From NCBI GenBank assembly GCA_039208735.1, contig JBCCQY010000082.1, forward strand, positions 1 through 38,142: a DNA stretch of 38,142 nt, read 5' to 3'. This DNA is from Myxococcota bacterium. GTDB taxonomy: Bacteria; Myxococcota_A; UBA796; GCA-2862545. A model generated the notes under the pieces. It did not search any database. It was given only the letters and a program-made list of their open reading frames with translations, and was not told the DNA's origin. The first letter of the stretch is position 1. Each line of letters begins with the position of its first letter. Both the position numbers and the translations under genes were made by a program. Of the stretch, positions 26,876 through 36,708 are shown in pieces.

Positions 26876-27817
26876 CTAAGCCGAAAGAGCCTGTTCAACC
26901 TGGCGACGAAACGCCGCGGCGTGGGCAGCGGGCACGTGCAAGATCTGCCGGCGCATGCGAAGCGTTAGCGCACGGTGTTCCGGTACCGTGAGGCTGACGG
27001 CAATCAAGTCCCCTTCGACCGCGTCAATGGGCTGCGCCATGGGTAGAAATCCCTGCTGCCAATGGGTGTCGGACCGTCCGGGGAAGGTGTCGAGCATCCC
27101 GTCGCCAATCACCGCGACGAAGGCCGTCGCGAGGCCGGTGATTCGCCCGGCGCGTCGGACCTCGAGGAGCACGCCAGAATTCTTGGCCATCGACTTTGGA
27201 TTTGCGAGGTCGACCTCCTGCCAAGTGGCCCACTCACTTTTCACTTCGTCGGGTGCGATGGGCAGCGTGTATTCGAGGAGACTCAGCTCATCTGCGAAGC
27301 TGGCGTAGTCCAGGCCATAGTCATCCTTCATCGTCTCCCGCCAAAACCGCTGGTCCACGTCGTAGGCGGCGGGTGTGGCAAGGGCCATGGCACAGCCAAG
27401 GTGACTTGGCAGCATCGTGCCCCCCGGTTTGAGGAACCGATCTGCAACGTCACTCATGCAGGCAACCGTGTTCTCACCGAGGCCAACGCTGTCAAGCGTC
27501 TCGGAGACGACCACGTCCACCCGCTCGGGAAGCTCGACCTCATACGACATGCCGGCCAGCGGAACGAAGCGGTCGGGACCGTAGCCTGCGGCCCGCACGA
27601 TGCGGGTTGCGGTCTCGAGCACCGGTTTCAGTGCTTCGATGCCGTAGACGCGCTTGGCGCCGGCCTCGAGCGCCATCAAGGTCAGGGGCGCAAGCCCGAC
27701 CCCAATCTCACAGACCACCTGGCCCGGGCAGTGCTTGCGGATGGCGTTCTGATAGATCCGCATCCGATCGCGATCGGCCATCATCACGCGGTACTCTTCG
27801 ACGGTCCGTAGGTTCAT
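26876..27817 (-). CDS. Protein arginine N-methyltransferase (PRMT)-like SAM-dependent methyltransferase
   Basis: MMADRDR; motif I VCEIGVG; post-I VYGIE; VDVVVSE with double-E loop; FLKPGG; THWQQ loop. Confidence 0.85.
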   Translation of the reverse strand: MNLRTVEEYRVMMADRDRMRIYQNAIRKHCPGQVVCEIGVGLAPLTLMALEAGAKRVYGIEALKPVLETATRIVRAAGYGPDRFVPLAGMSYEVELPERVDVVVSETLDSVGLGENTVACMSDVADRFLKPGGTMLPSHLGCAMALATPAAYDVDQRFWRETMKDDYGLDYASFADELSLLEYTLPIAPDEVKSEWATWQEVDLANPKSMAKNSGVLLEVRRAGRITGLATAFVAVIGDGMLDTFPGRSDTHWQQGFLPMAQPIDAVEGDLIAVSLTVPEHRALTLRMRRQILHVPAAHAAAFRRQVEQALSA

Positions 27818-27871
27818 GCCCGTCCATCGGTGGCCACGCGAACCCCTTGAGAGGGCCTGTACCGAGGCACG

Positions 27872-28960
27872 TCATTCGATATCGCCGTGGTAGAGGTACC
27901 AGATGTTGTCCTCGTCTCGCTGGTTCTGCGCGACGACGTGCCCAATGCCACACCCTTCCACCAAGGCAATGCCGTCCGGCGTGAGGCGATTTTGCGTCAG
28001 CGTAAGCGATTGCAGGGTCTTGGGCGCTTCAGACTCCGCAATCATCCGAGCCCCTTCGTCGGTGATGGTGCCGTAGGACAGGTTCAGGATGTGAAGCCGC
28101 GCCAACATTCCTGACCGCAGGAGTTCGGCAACCCCCGCGTCCCCGGCGCTGGACTGCCACAAGGACAGTTGTCCAATGGCCTGCAGGTGCGGCGACCGGG
28201 CAATGTCACGCACGGCCGACAGAGGCAGGTAGCCCGACTCGTCATCGCCTGGCTCCAATGCGTGCGGAGCCAACGCCAAACGCTCGAGGTTGGCAAACGA
28301 AGGGTTCTTGGCCAACGCCTTCGTGGCGTGCTCATGGGCACAGGACACATCCAACTCTTCAAGGTCCGGCGCCTTCAAGCTGAACAGTGATTTCGTGTCC
28401 ACCCGGCGCCCACTCACCGTCAACGCACGCAATCGGGGCATTCCACCAGCAATCACGCCGGCCAGTCCTTCCTCGCGCAAGGAACCCGTGCCGTCCCCGA
28501 ACCGGAACGCCACCACCGAAGGAAAATTCACATTGACGAGCGGCTCAAGAACCTCGTTTTCCTCAAAGGCATACTCAACCGAAAGCGACCGGAGCAGATC
28601 CCGATCGGGCGATGCAACGAGCCCGGCCACCACGTCGGGCATGGCATTGACGAGGTCGAGGGTGTGCAGGAATCCCCGACGAAACCCCCAACGGGCTGAA
28701 AGAGGCTGGTCTTTGTTCGCAAACAAAGGGTCGCCCAACGGACCCAGCCACTCGCGCTCGTGCGCATTCAGCAATGCGCGCTCTTTGCCTTGCAACGAAC
28801 GACGCGTGGCCGGGTCGATCAGCGGGTCTTCAAGCGCCAGCTGAACGCGAATGAACTCCCCCCGGGGGTCGCCTCGCTGTTGGAGCCAGTCCCCCAGGAC
28901 CCTCCACGGATCAGGGTCATCGGGCGCGTCAAGGATGCGTTTGCGCAGTTCTTCAACCAT
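27872..28960 (-). CDS. TIGR02996-domain leucine-rich repeat protein
   Basis: ILDAPDDPDPWRVLGDWLQQRGDPRGEFIRVQ and FRRGF, followed by LRR units. Confidence 0.9.
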   Translation of the reverse strand: MVEELRKRILDAPDDPDPWRVLGDWLQQRGDPRGEFIRVQLALEDPLIDPATRRSLQGKERALLNAHEREWLGPLGDPLFANKDQPLSARWGFRRGFLHTLDLVNAMPDVVAGLVASPDRDLLRSLSVEYAFEENEVLEPLVNVNFPSVVAFRFGDGTGSLREEGLAGVIAGGMPRLRALTVSGRRVDTKSLFSLKAPDLEELDVSCAHEHATKALAKNPSFANLERLALAPHALEPGDDESGYLPLSAVRDIARSPHLQAIGQLSLWQSSAGDAGVAELLRSGMLARLHILNLSYGTITDEGARMIAESEAPKTLQSLTLTQNRLTPDGIALVEGCGIGHVVAQNQRDEDNIWYLYHGDIE

Positions 28961-28990
28961 GGTCCACCCACGATCGCACTCTACAACGCG

Positions 28991-29788
28991 CTACGCCCCG
29001 AACAACCCTTCAACAAAAGGGACCAAGGCCTCACCAATTTCGGTGGCTCGGGTCTTCTGAATGTTGTGGCCGCCCGTCGAGAAGCCCAGTCTCGGCCCGG
29101 CGGGCGCCAATGCGGCAAGCTCTCGCGAGATACGAGTTTCGATCAAGGGATCGTCTTCGGACCATGTGAGAAAGGTGGGAACCTGCAATGCCCCCACCGC
29201 AACCGCCATGGACACGAAGTCCAGCGCCCCAAAGCAGCGCAACGTGGACACGAGGTCGGGGTACGGCGTGGATCGTGGGAAGCCGGCCGCGTTGAAGCTG
29301 AAGCGAACGATCGGACGTAGCAACGAGGCCATGCCCCGCCGGTCGAGCACCGCGGACCACAGGTGAGGCTGGGCCATCCGATACCCCCGATGGGGGCGAA
29401 CGCCGGGGCTTGCCACCAGGACGAGCCCCACCACGCGCTCAGACGGGGACGCGGCAATGGCCAAGGGACCTCCCAGGGAGTGGCCAAGCAACACGCACCG
29501 GTCGATGCGCAGTGCATCGAGCAGCGGCTCGATGAGCCGGGCCCGCGACATCGGCGTACGCTCGGGGTGGGTCTCCCACGGCGTGGTGCCAAACCCAGGC
29601 AAATCCGGACGAATCATCCGCACACGGGTTCCCAGTGCGCTCTCGAGCCAACGAAAGTCTCGGTGCGACCCCGGTGCGCCGTGCAATGCAAGGATCGCGG
29701 GACCTGAGCCCGTATCGGTCAGCATCACCGGTCCTAGATCGGTCACGACCCGTCGGAGCGGAGGATCAGAGGGGTGATCGGGTGTCAT
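28991..29788 (-). CDS. Alpha/beta fold hydrolase
   Basis: Motifs LHGAPG, DLPGFG, GHSLGG, EDDP, GGH. Confidence 0.9.
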   Translation of the reverse strand: MTPDHPSDPPLRRVVTDLGPVMLTDTGSGPAILALHGAPGSHRDFRWLESALGTRVRMIRPDLPGFGTTPWETHPERTPMSRARLIEPLLDALRIDRCVLLGHSLGGPLAIAASPSERVVGLVLVASPGVRPHRGYRMAQPHLWSAVLDRRGMASLLRPIVRFSFNAAGFPRSTPYPDLVSTLRCFGALDFVSMAVAVGALQVPTFLTWSEDDPLIETRISRELAALAPAGPRLGFSTGGHNIQKTRATEIGEALVPFVEGLFGA

Positions 29789-29794
29789 GGCATC

Positions 29795-30682
29795 CTATCG
29801 ACGAGCGCGTTTCGGGCCTCGACGGGGGGCGGTAAGCCCCGCGTGGTAGAGCAGACGCACCACCCGCCAACGATGCGGTCGGTACGGCTCCAGCAACTCG
29901 AACATACGGGCATCATCGGCCCGGGGCTCCCCTGCGATCGCCCATGCCACATCATTGGGCAGGTGGATGTCACCGGGTGGCAAGGCATCCCCGTCACCAA
30001 GACACATGCCGCAGAAGCTTTCGACGGTCCAAGGCCCAATCCCCCGCAGGGTGGTGAGCTTGCTGCGAATGGTCTCGAGAGGTTGGTTCCGCAAGCCCTC
30101 GATGCGACCGGCTCGCTCACACACCCGCACGACGGTCGCCGCCCGCTTCTGCCCGATGCCAACTTGCCGCCACACATGGACGGGCAAGCGCACCAGCACC
30201 TTTGGATCGGGAAACACGGTGAGCGGAACCGGCCCCGGAGCAGGTTCGCCAAACCGTCGGACGAGACGGCCCCATCCCGACGTCGCCTCGAGAAACGTCA
30301 CCAGCTGCTGCAAGATGATGGCCACGAGGGCCTCGACCCACGCGTCGACCCGAGGCAGGTAGACGGGCCCCTGCTCGACAAGCATGCGCGCAAGTCTTGG
30401 ATGGTCTGGGGCAAAGGCGTGAGGTGAATCCTCAAGCCCCAGGTAGGCCGGAGCTGCCGCCACCACCCGCTCCGCACCAGGGCCAAAGCCGCGAATCAGG
30501 AATCGTTCCCCAACCGCTCGCACAAACAGGGTGGCCGGGCCATCAGGCGTCCGCATCGTCCGCACCAGTTCTTGGTCCGCGATGCGCATCGTGGGGTCGT
30601 TGCGACCCATCCGCAGAAACCGGACCGTCGCAAACAGGTCATGATCGGTGGGTCGGGCCAGGGTTCGTTCAGCGTCGGGCAT
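29795..30682 (-). CDS. DNA-3-methyladenine glycosylase II (AlkA-like HhH-GPD family)
   Basis: Motifs AIILQQLV, HhH LRGIGPWT, ALPPGD, YRPHR. Confidence 0.88.
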   Translation of the reverse strand: MPDAERTLARPTDHDLFATVRFLRMGRNDPTMRIADQELVRTMRTPDGPATLFVRAVGERFLIRGFGPGAERVVAAAPAYLGLEDSPHAFAPDHPRLARMLVEQGPVYLPRVDAWVEALVAIILQQLVTFLEATSGWGRLVRRFGEPAPGPVPLTVFPDPKVLVRLPVHVWRQVGIGQKRAATVVRVCERAGRIEGLRNQPLETIRSKLTTLRGIGPWTVESFCGMCLGDGDALPPGDIHLPNDVAWAIAGEPRADDARMFELLEPYRPHRWRVVRLLYHAGLTAPRRGPKRARR

Positions 30683-30699
30683 CGACCCGACGTAAGGAA

Positions 30700-31356
30700 T
30701 CAGGCCAGCCGTTGCCGCAGCCACCGTCGAAGGTCGGCCACCTCGGCCGGGGTGACCTCATGCGCGGCGGGGTAATCGTGCCATTCGGCGGTCACACCGT
30801 GGCGGCGAACCGCTTCGTAGGCCGCATGGCCCCCTGCCATGGGCACGACCTCATCGTTGCGGCCGTGCCCGAACCACAGGGGCGTGGCCTTGCCGGCATC
30901 GGTGAGCGCAGCGTCGAAGTTCGGCCGGTCCACGACATAGCCCGAAAGCACCATGGCCCCGCGGAGGCGTTTCTTGGCCCGCATCGCCGTGAACAGCGTC
31001 ATTGCGCCACCCTGACTGAACCCGATGAGCACAACGTTCTCGGCGGCAACTCCCCGCTGTGCTTCCCGGTCGAGCAAGGCTTGAATGTGCGCGGCCGACG
31101 CGTTGACATCCTCAACCGATTCTCGAGCTGGTGCCTCATGATCAAGCGAGCGAATGTCGTACCATGAGGGCATCCGGTGCCCCGCGTTGATGGTCACCGC
31201 CGCCACGGGCGCATGTGGAAAGACAAACCGCACATCCGTGAAGCCCAGGTGCGGAACCAAGGGCGCAAAGTCGTAGCCAGACGCCCCGAGGCCGTGCAGC
31301 CAGATGACCGTCGCTCGCACCGGACGCCCCGGCGTATGTTCCAGGCAATCGAGCAT
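30700..31356 (-). CDS. Phospholipase/carboxylesterase
   Basis: Motifs WLHGLGA, FPHAP, MPSWYDI, GFSQGG, HGRNDEVV; AGGAGG RBS. Confidence 0.93.
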   Translation of the reverse strand: MLDCLEHTPGRPVRATVIWLHGLGASGYDFAPLVPHLGFTDVRFVFPHAPVAAVTINAGHRMPSWYDIRSLDHEAPARESVEDVNASAAHIQALLDREAQRGVAAENVVLIGFSQGGAMTLFTAMRAKKRLRGAMVLSGYVVDRPNFDAALTDAGKATPLWFGHGRNDEVVPMAGGHAAYEAVRRHGVTAEWHDYPAAHEVTPAEVADLRRWLRQRLA

Positions 31357-31391
31357 GGCGCCTCCTTCGATTCCGGCGTAACCCGGGCCCC

Positions 31392-32213
31392 ATGATGCCC
31401 TTCTACCGACGCATCGTCGGCATCGACATGGCGGTGGACCGTCGGTCTGTGGCCGTGGGCCGCGCAACGTACCGCGATGAGGATGCCACGTTCCACATCG
31501 ACGAACTCGTACGCGGGTCGTCGCTCTCACCGGCCGCCGATACCGACGATCGACTACTGCAGACCGTGAAAACCATCGCGCCCGTGATCGCGCGCATGAT
31601 CGACGGACCCACCCTTCTCGCGATGGATTCTCCCTTGGGCTGGCCGGTGGCACTGGGGGCCTGCCTGGCCGACCACACCGCAGGTCAGCCGCTCGACATC
31701 CCCCTCCTCGACCGCGATCGGCTCTTCGTGCGCCGCACCGACCGCGCATTGACGACCCGGTTTGGCCATGCGGGCATTCACATTCGTCCGCTCGAAGTCG
31801 GAGCCGACCGCATCGCCCGCACCGCCCAGGCCGCCTTGGCGTTGCTGCATGAGGCGTGTCCCCGCGCCGTCTTGTGGTGGCCCGGCGAGTCCCCCCCGTT
31901 CACGGGCCTCGTCGAGACCTACCCTGCTGCCACCCTCGCCGCGATTCGGGGCCGCCGCGCCCAGGGCTACAAGGGCAACAAAGGTGGAGAGGCTCGCGCC
32001 GTCCTGTTCGACACGCTGGTCGAGTTGTCCGGGCCCGGGCACCACCACGTAGACCGCAGCTTCCGAGACGACTGCATCGAAAGCGATCACGCTCTCGATG
32101 CTGTGTTGTGTGCCCTCGGGGGGATCGACGTCGCCGTCGGACGCGCGCGCGGCCCCCGTGAGGTCGACGCCGCGCTACGGCGTGAGGGGTGGATCTGGGT
32201 GCGGGACCCTTGA
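31392..32213 (+). CDS. DUF429 family protein (predicted RNase H-fold nuclease)
   Basis: Motifs GIDMA, DSPLGWP, RRTD, VETYP, DHALDAVLCA, EGWI. Confidence 0.85.
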   Translation: MMPFYRRIVGIDMAVDRRSVAVGRATYRDEDATFHIDELVRGSSLSPAADTDDRLLQTVKTIAPVIARMIDGPTLLAMDSPLGWPVALGACLADHTAGQPLDIPLLDRDRLFVRRTDRALTTRFGHAGIHIRPLEVGADRIARTAQAALALLHEACPRAVLWWPGESPPFTGLVETYPAATLAAIRGRRAQGYKGNKGGEARAVLFDTLVELSGPGHHHVDRSFRDDCIESDHALDAVLCALGGIDVAVGRARGPREVDAALRREGWIWVRDP

Positions 32214-32252
32214 CCTTGCGGTACGGCGATCCGAGTCCGCCCGGAGACGCCC

Positions 32253-33326
32253 TTGCGCCGAGACCTCCTCGAGATCGACACCAGCTTCCAGGGATCCCCC
32301 TTCACCCAGCCGGTCGAGGCCCAAGACGTCGAGGCCCTGCGAGTCCTGCTCACCGGAGACTCCGTCATCGACTGGCGTCGCATGGTGTTGCCCGACTACG
32401 CATCGGTCGACCGATTCTTGAGGACTCACCTCATCGATCCTGACGATCCGGCCGATCGGGAACGGCTTCGCTACGTGTTCAACGAAGCGGTCAGCTATCT
32501 CGAAGAGCACCTCCGCATTCGCTTTCCCTCGGAACTGCGCAACCCTCGAGACGTTCGCGACGTCTTTGTCTGGGCCAACCGGTCGGACGGCTTTCGTCGA
32601 ACCCAGATCCTCTCGTGCGTGACGCTCAAACTCATGCACGTGATCTTCCATATGGAAGCCGCGGATCTGAAGTTTCGACTCCCGGTGAGCGAAGCCCAGT
32701 ACCTGCACCTGGCCCACCGTCGAATCCTCGAGCAAGCGGAGCGAATGCGCGAGCTGGGTCTGCCCATCATGGCGTTTTACGGCTCCCGCAAGTCCCGGTC
32801 CGCCATGATCACCAAGCTCCTTGCCAAGAAGAAGGCCGTCGCCGCGACCATCTTCGACAAGCTGCGCTACCGCGTCATCGTGTGTGACCACGACGCCATC
32901 GCGCCTACGCTCGCCTGGCTCTCACGCAACGTGTTTCCGTTCAACTACGTCGTACCAAGCGAATCCTACAACAACCTTCTCGACCCCAACGAGTTGCTCG
33001 TTCATCTCGCCCGCGAGGACGACCGCCAGCTCGTCGAAGACCGCTCGATTCGGTTCGACCGCATCCACACGAAAAACCAGTTTTCGGGCGCCAGCTACCA
33101 AGCGATCAACTGGATTTGCGACTACCCGGTGCGCATTCCCGAGACGGTTGAAAATCCGTTTGCGATGGAACTAGGAAGGGTCATCCACGTCAACGTGGAG
33201 TTCCAGCTTCTCGACCAAGAGACGTCGAAGCGAAACGAAGAAGGCGAGAATGCCCACGGCCTCTACAAGGCACGGCAGCACAAGCAAGTTGCGGCCCGCC
33301 TCAAACGAGGATTCGATTCCGAGTGA
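32253..33326 (+). CDS. TIGR04552-like protein with RelA/SpoT synthetase-type motifs
   Basis: Motifs SVIDWRR, RKSRSAMITKLLAKK, IFDKLRYRVI, YQAIN, VEFQL, NAHGLYK; GGAG before the TTG start. Confidence 0.8.
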   Translation: MRRDLLEIDTSFQGSPFTQPVEAQDVEALRVLLTGDSVIDWRRMVLPDYASVDRFLRTHLIDPDDPADRERLRYVFNEAVSYLEEHLRIRFPSELRNPRDVRDVFVWANRSDGFRRTQILSCVTLKLMHVIFHMEAADLKFRLPVSEAQYLHLAHRRILEQAERMRELGLPIMAFYGSRKSRSAMITKLLAKKKAVAATIFDKLRYRVIVCDHDAIAPTLAWLSRNVFPFNYVVPSESYNNLLDPNELLVHLAREDDRQLVEDRSIRFDRIHTKNQFSGASYQAINWICDYPVRIPETVENPFAMELGRVIHVNVEFQLLDQETSKRNEEGENAHGLYKARQHKQVAARLKRGFDSE

Positions 33327-33396
33327 CGATCCCCTGCGGTTCAGGTCATTCGGAGTTACATTGGCCCGGTCCTTGGGTCCGGATGGGTTGGGAGGC

Positions 33397-35037
33397 ATGG
33401 TGAAGCCACTGTGGCTGAGCACGGCATTGTTGTTTACAGCGTGCAACGGTTCAAATGGGCCGGTTTGTGACCAGAGCGAGCTGCTCGACGGCTATACCGA
33501 CGCCGACGGAGATGGTTTCGGTTCGAATTTGAGCGAAGTCATCCAGTTCTGCCCTGGTTTTGGTGATGGCTTGTCGCTTTCGCCGCTCGACTGCAACGAC
33601 GAAGATGCAGCGATCAATCCCGATGCAGTCGAACTCTGCAACGGCATCGATGACGACTGCGATGGCGTCCGGGATCAAGGCTTTGACAACCGGGTGTATT
33701 ACCCCGATGCCGATGATGACGGCTTCGGCGCGCGCTACCCGGCCGAATACTCCTGCATCCCGCTGGAGGGTCATGTCCAGAACAACACGGACTGTGACGA
33801 CTCCGACCCCTTCGTCAACCCTGGGTCCCCCGAGATCTGCAACGGCGGCATCGACGACAACTGCAACGGCCTGTCGGACGACACAGACCCGCAGGTTCTC
33901 GAAAGCTCGAAGCTAACGTTCTACCTCGACGCTGACGCCGATGGGTTTGGAGACCCCGACGCATCCTTCGAGGCTTGCCAGCCCCAGTCGAACTGGTCGA
34001 CCAACTTCGACGACTGCGACGATGGCAACCAGGCCATCAATCCAAACGCGACCGAAATCTGCAACATGCGCGACGACGACTGCGACCTGCTGTCCGACGA
34101 CGCCGACCCCTCGATCGACCCGAACAGTCAGATCGATGTCTTCATCGATGCGGACTTTGACGGCTTCGGCAACCCGGCTTCGCCTTCGCTTGCTTGCTTC
34201 GTCGACTTCGGAACGTCCGACAACGGCGACGACTGCAACGACAACAACTTCGACATCAACCCCGGCGTCATCGACGTGTGCAACTTCGGGATTGACGACG
34301 ACTGCGACCCGACCACCGCTGAAGACGACGTGTCGGGGCTCGGCTACTACGTCGACACCGACGGCGACGGGTACGGCGACACCTCAACCGAAATCCTGTC
34401 GTGCACGCCCATCGCCAATCGCGTCGTTCTCCCCGACGATTGCAACGAAAGCGACACCGGTATCAACCCTGGCATCGAAGACGTCTGCGAAGACGGCGTT
34501 GACCAGGATTGCACCGGCTCCGATGCGCGCTGCCGCTCCGCGTTCGAAGTCAGCAACCAGATCCTCGCCTTCACGATCAACAACTCGATGCGTGGCGTGG
34601 TCCTCGAACCGACCGAGGATGGCCTGGTCATCGACTTCGGCATCAAAGCGACGCTGAGCGACGCTTGCGAGCTCGACTACTACATTTGGCAGCGGCCCGA
34701 CGACAATTCACCGTGGAGCTTGCTCACCTCGGATCAGGTCTTGCACGAGCCGGCCACCGAGGTCTTCTTCAACTCAGGCGAACTCGACGTGGTCGTGACC
34801 GCGGGCACCCAGGTGGGCTACGGCGTCGCGTGGAACAACTGCCCCACGTCGGTGCGGGTCTTCACCGCGACCAACAACAATGTAGGCACGTTCGAACTCG
34901 GCGATTGGGTGGGGTGGGTCCGCGAGACCAACAACTATTCGGGCTTCAACGTGGCTTATACGCCACCTGAGTTCCTGACGTCCAGCGCCAATGTTCCGAA
35001 CATGGAAATCGGCTACAGCACGAGCTTCGTTCCGTAG
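33397..35037 (+). CDS. Lipoprotein with five MopE-like putative metal-binding Cys/Asp repeats
   Basis: LLFTAC lipobox; repeated DxDxDGFG...DCxDxxxxxNPxxxExCNxxDDDC; beta-rich C-terminal domain. Confidence 0.88.
   Translation: MVKPLWLSTALLFTACNGSNGPVCDQSELLDGYTDADGDGFGSNLSEVIQFCPGFGDGLSLSPLDCNDEDAAINPDAVELCNGIDDDCDGVRDQGFDNRVYYPDADDDGFGARYPAEYSCIPLEGHVQNNTDCDDSDPFVNPGSPEICNGGIDDNCNGLSDDTDPQVLESSKLTFYLDADADGFGDPDASFEACQPQSNWSTNFDDCDDGNQAINPNATEICNMRDDDCDLLSDDADPSIDPNSQIDVFIDADFDGFGNPASPSLACFVDFGTSDNGDDCNDNNFDINPGVIDVCNFGIDDDCDPTTAEDDVSGLGYYVDTDGDGYGDTSTEILSCTPIANRVVLPDDCNESDTGINPGIEDVCEDGVDQDCTGSDARCRSAFEVSNQILAFTINNSMRGVVLEPTEDGLVIDFGIKATLSDACELDYYIWQRPDDNSPWSLLTSDQVLHEPATEVFFNSGELDVVVTAGTQVGYGVAWNNCPTSVRVFTATNNNVGTFELGDWVGWVRETNNYSGFNVAYTPPEFLTSSANVPNMEIGYSTSFVP
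33493..34525 (+). repeat. Five ~65-75 aa Asp/Cys-rich coding repeats
   Basis: Units begin YTDADGDGFG, YPDADDDGFG, YLDADADGFG, FIDADFDGFG, YVDTDGDGYG. Confidence 0.85.
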
Positions 35038-35049
35038 CCAAGGTGGGCC

Positions 35050-35445
35050 CTACAGGTCCGACCGGAAGTCCATGCCGAGCCACACTTGGGTCGGCAGATT
35101 TCGGTCGTCGACCGTAGGCCCGTCTTGTTGGTCAGTCCACGCTTCGCCAATCCCAGGCCACTCGCGACGACGACCCACCGTCTGCCGCGCGACGGCCGAG
35201 AAAAAGCACGCCCATTCCCCTCGAGCCTCGGCTTCGACGGGGTCGAGCAACCAACCGAGCCGAAGCTCGGAGTCCTTGAGTCCCTTCAACTTGAGGACTC
35301 CTTTCACGAGGCCCACCTCGGCGATATCGCCGAGCGGTTGGGGCTCTCCGGTCTTCGCCGCACGACGGACTGCGGCTTCGAACGACTCGATCACCTGGTT
35401 GCTGACGTGTGGATCCGCCAGCAACAGCTCTCGAAGGTCGGCCAT
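35050..35445 (-). CDS. Hypothetical protein
   Basis: AGGAG RBS before the ATG at 35445; fills the gap downstream of the glycosyltransferase. Confidence 0.6.
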   Translation of the reverse strand: MADLRELLLADPHVSNQVIESFEAAVRRAAKTGEPQPLGDIAEVGLVKGVLKLKGLKDSELRLGWLLDPVEAEARGEWACFFSAVARQTVGRRREWPGIGEAWTDQQDGPTVDDRNLPTQVWLGMDFRSDL

Positions 35446-35508
35446 CCTTCTCCTCGCCCTCTGCATACGGGCCGCGCGATGGCGTTCATCGGACGGCTCG
35501 GTACCCTG

Positions 35509-36708
35509 TCACGGTACCAAATCCGCAAGGTCGACGGGTGAAGCAGCTTGCGGCTTCGTGAATGCCGCCTCTCTTCGAGCCTTGTAGTAGCCGAGGAGCG
35601 CCCGATGAAAGGCGCCTTGGTCATACCGCGTCACCACTCGCTCGCGGGACCGAGTCGCCATGGCCGCCCGGCGATCACCGGACTCCAGCTGGCCGAGCGC
35701 CCGAACCAGCGGCGTGACGGTCTTCGCCGGAACGAGGCGTCCGTTCTCTCCGTCGACGATCACCTCGTTGCAACCATTGATGTTCGAAGCGATCGCCGGC
35801 AAGCCCATGGCCCCCGCTTCCAGAAGAGAGTTGGGCAGCCCTTCGCGGTAGCTAGGCAAGACGAAGACATCTGCCGCCGCCAGATAGGGGCGAACGTCGG
35901 GTTGAAAGCCTACACATTGAATGCCTGCCCCCGTCAGCCGGTCCTGGGTCTCTGGCGGCAAAGGATCGAGGTCGGGCTCTGGGGCGCCCACGAAGACCAA
36001 ATGGCGGTCCGATCGGTCCCCCCGCCAGCGATGGAACGCCTCGACAAGCTCGACGACCCCTTTGTCACGAACCATGCGGCCGACGAAGAGGAGGGCCAGG
36101 TCGTCAGGACCCAGGCCCAACCGACCTCGGGTCTCGCGCCGCAACCGGCCATCGGGCGCCCAATGGGCGGTATCGATGCCATTGATCGACCCGTGGCCCA
36201 CCACATCGATCGGTCGGGCGGTGAGGTGGGCGTGAACCCAGTCCCGCAACCCGTAGCTGTTGCAGGTGAGGTCGGTAGCCGCGGCGTACGTGAGCCGTTC
36301 GGTGGCTTGCAACACGATCTTGCGGAGCTTGCGCGCTTCCATCAGGGGCATGCCTACAATGCCATGCACCCGAACCGGAACGCCCGCCGCCCGCGCGGCG
36401 ATCATGCCCACAAGACCCGCCTTTGGCGTGTAGGTCTGCACGATCGATGGAGCGAGACGTCGCAGGAGCGCCACGAGCCGAATCAGGGCTCGAGCGTCTG
36501 TCCACGGGGCAATGCGCCGAGGCAAGGGGACCTGAAGAATCGGCACGCCCTCGCGCGTCGCAATCCGGTTCAGATCTTCTGGGTGTTCGGGGGGAGAGGT
36601 CACAAGCGTCACGTCGAAGTGCTTGGCCAGCCACCGGGGCTGCCCTTCAAGCAGATTGTCGAGCGTGGCCGTGACCGATGTGAGGATCACGAGTTTGGCA
36701 CGCGTCAT
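35509..36708 (-). CDS. Glycosyltransferase family 4
   Basis: Motifs TYTPKAG, FVGRMVRDKG, LPSYREGLPNSLLEA, NGCNE. Confidence 0.93.
   Translation of the reverse strand: MTRAKLVILTSVTATLDNLLEGQPRWLAKHFDVTLVTSPPEHPEDLNRIATREGVPILQVPLPRRIAPWTDARALIRLVALLRRLAPSIVQTYTPKAGLVGMIAARAAGVPVRVHGIVGMPLMEARKLRKIVLQATERLTYAAATDLTCNSYGLRDWVHAHLTARPIDVVGHGSINGIDTAHWAPDGRLRRETRGRLGLGPDDLALLFVGRMVRDKGVVELVEAFHRWRGDRSDRHLVFVGAPEPDLDPLPPETQDRLTGAGIQCVGFQPDVRPYLAAADVFVLPSYREGLPNSLLEAGAMGLPAIASNINGCNEVIVDGENGRLVPAKTVTPLVRALGQLESGDRRAAMATRSRERVVTRYDQGAFHRALLGYYKARREAAFTKPQAASPVDLADLVP

Noticed and set aside
33493..34525. Regularly spaced DNA repeats as a possible CRISPR array
   Set aside because: Degenerate in-frame protein repeats with no identical direct repeats and no cas genes.
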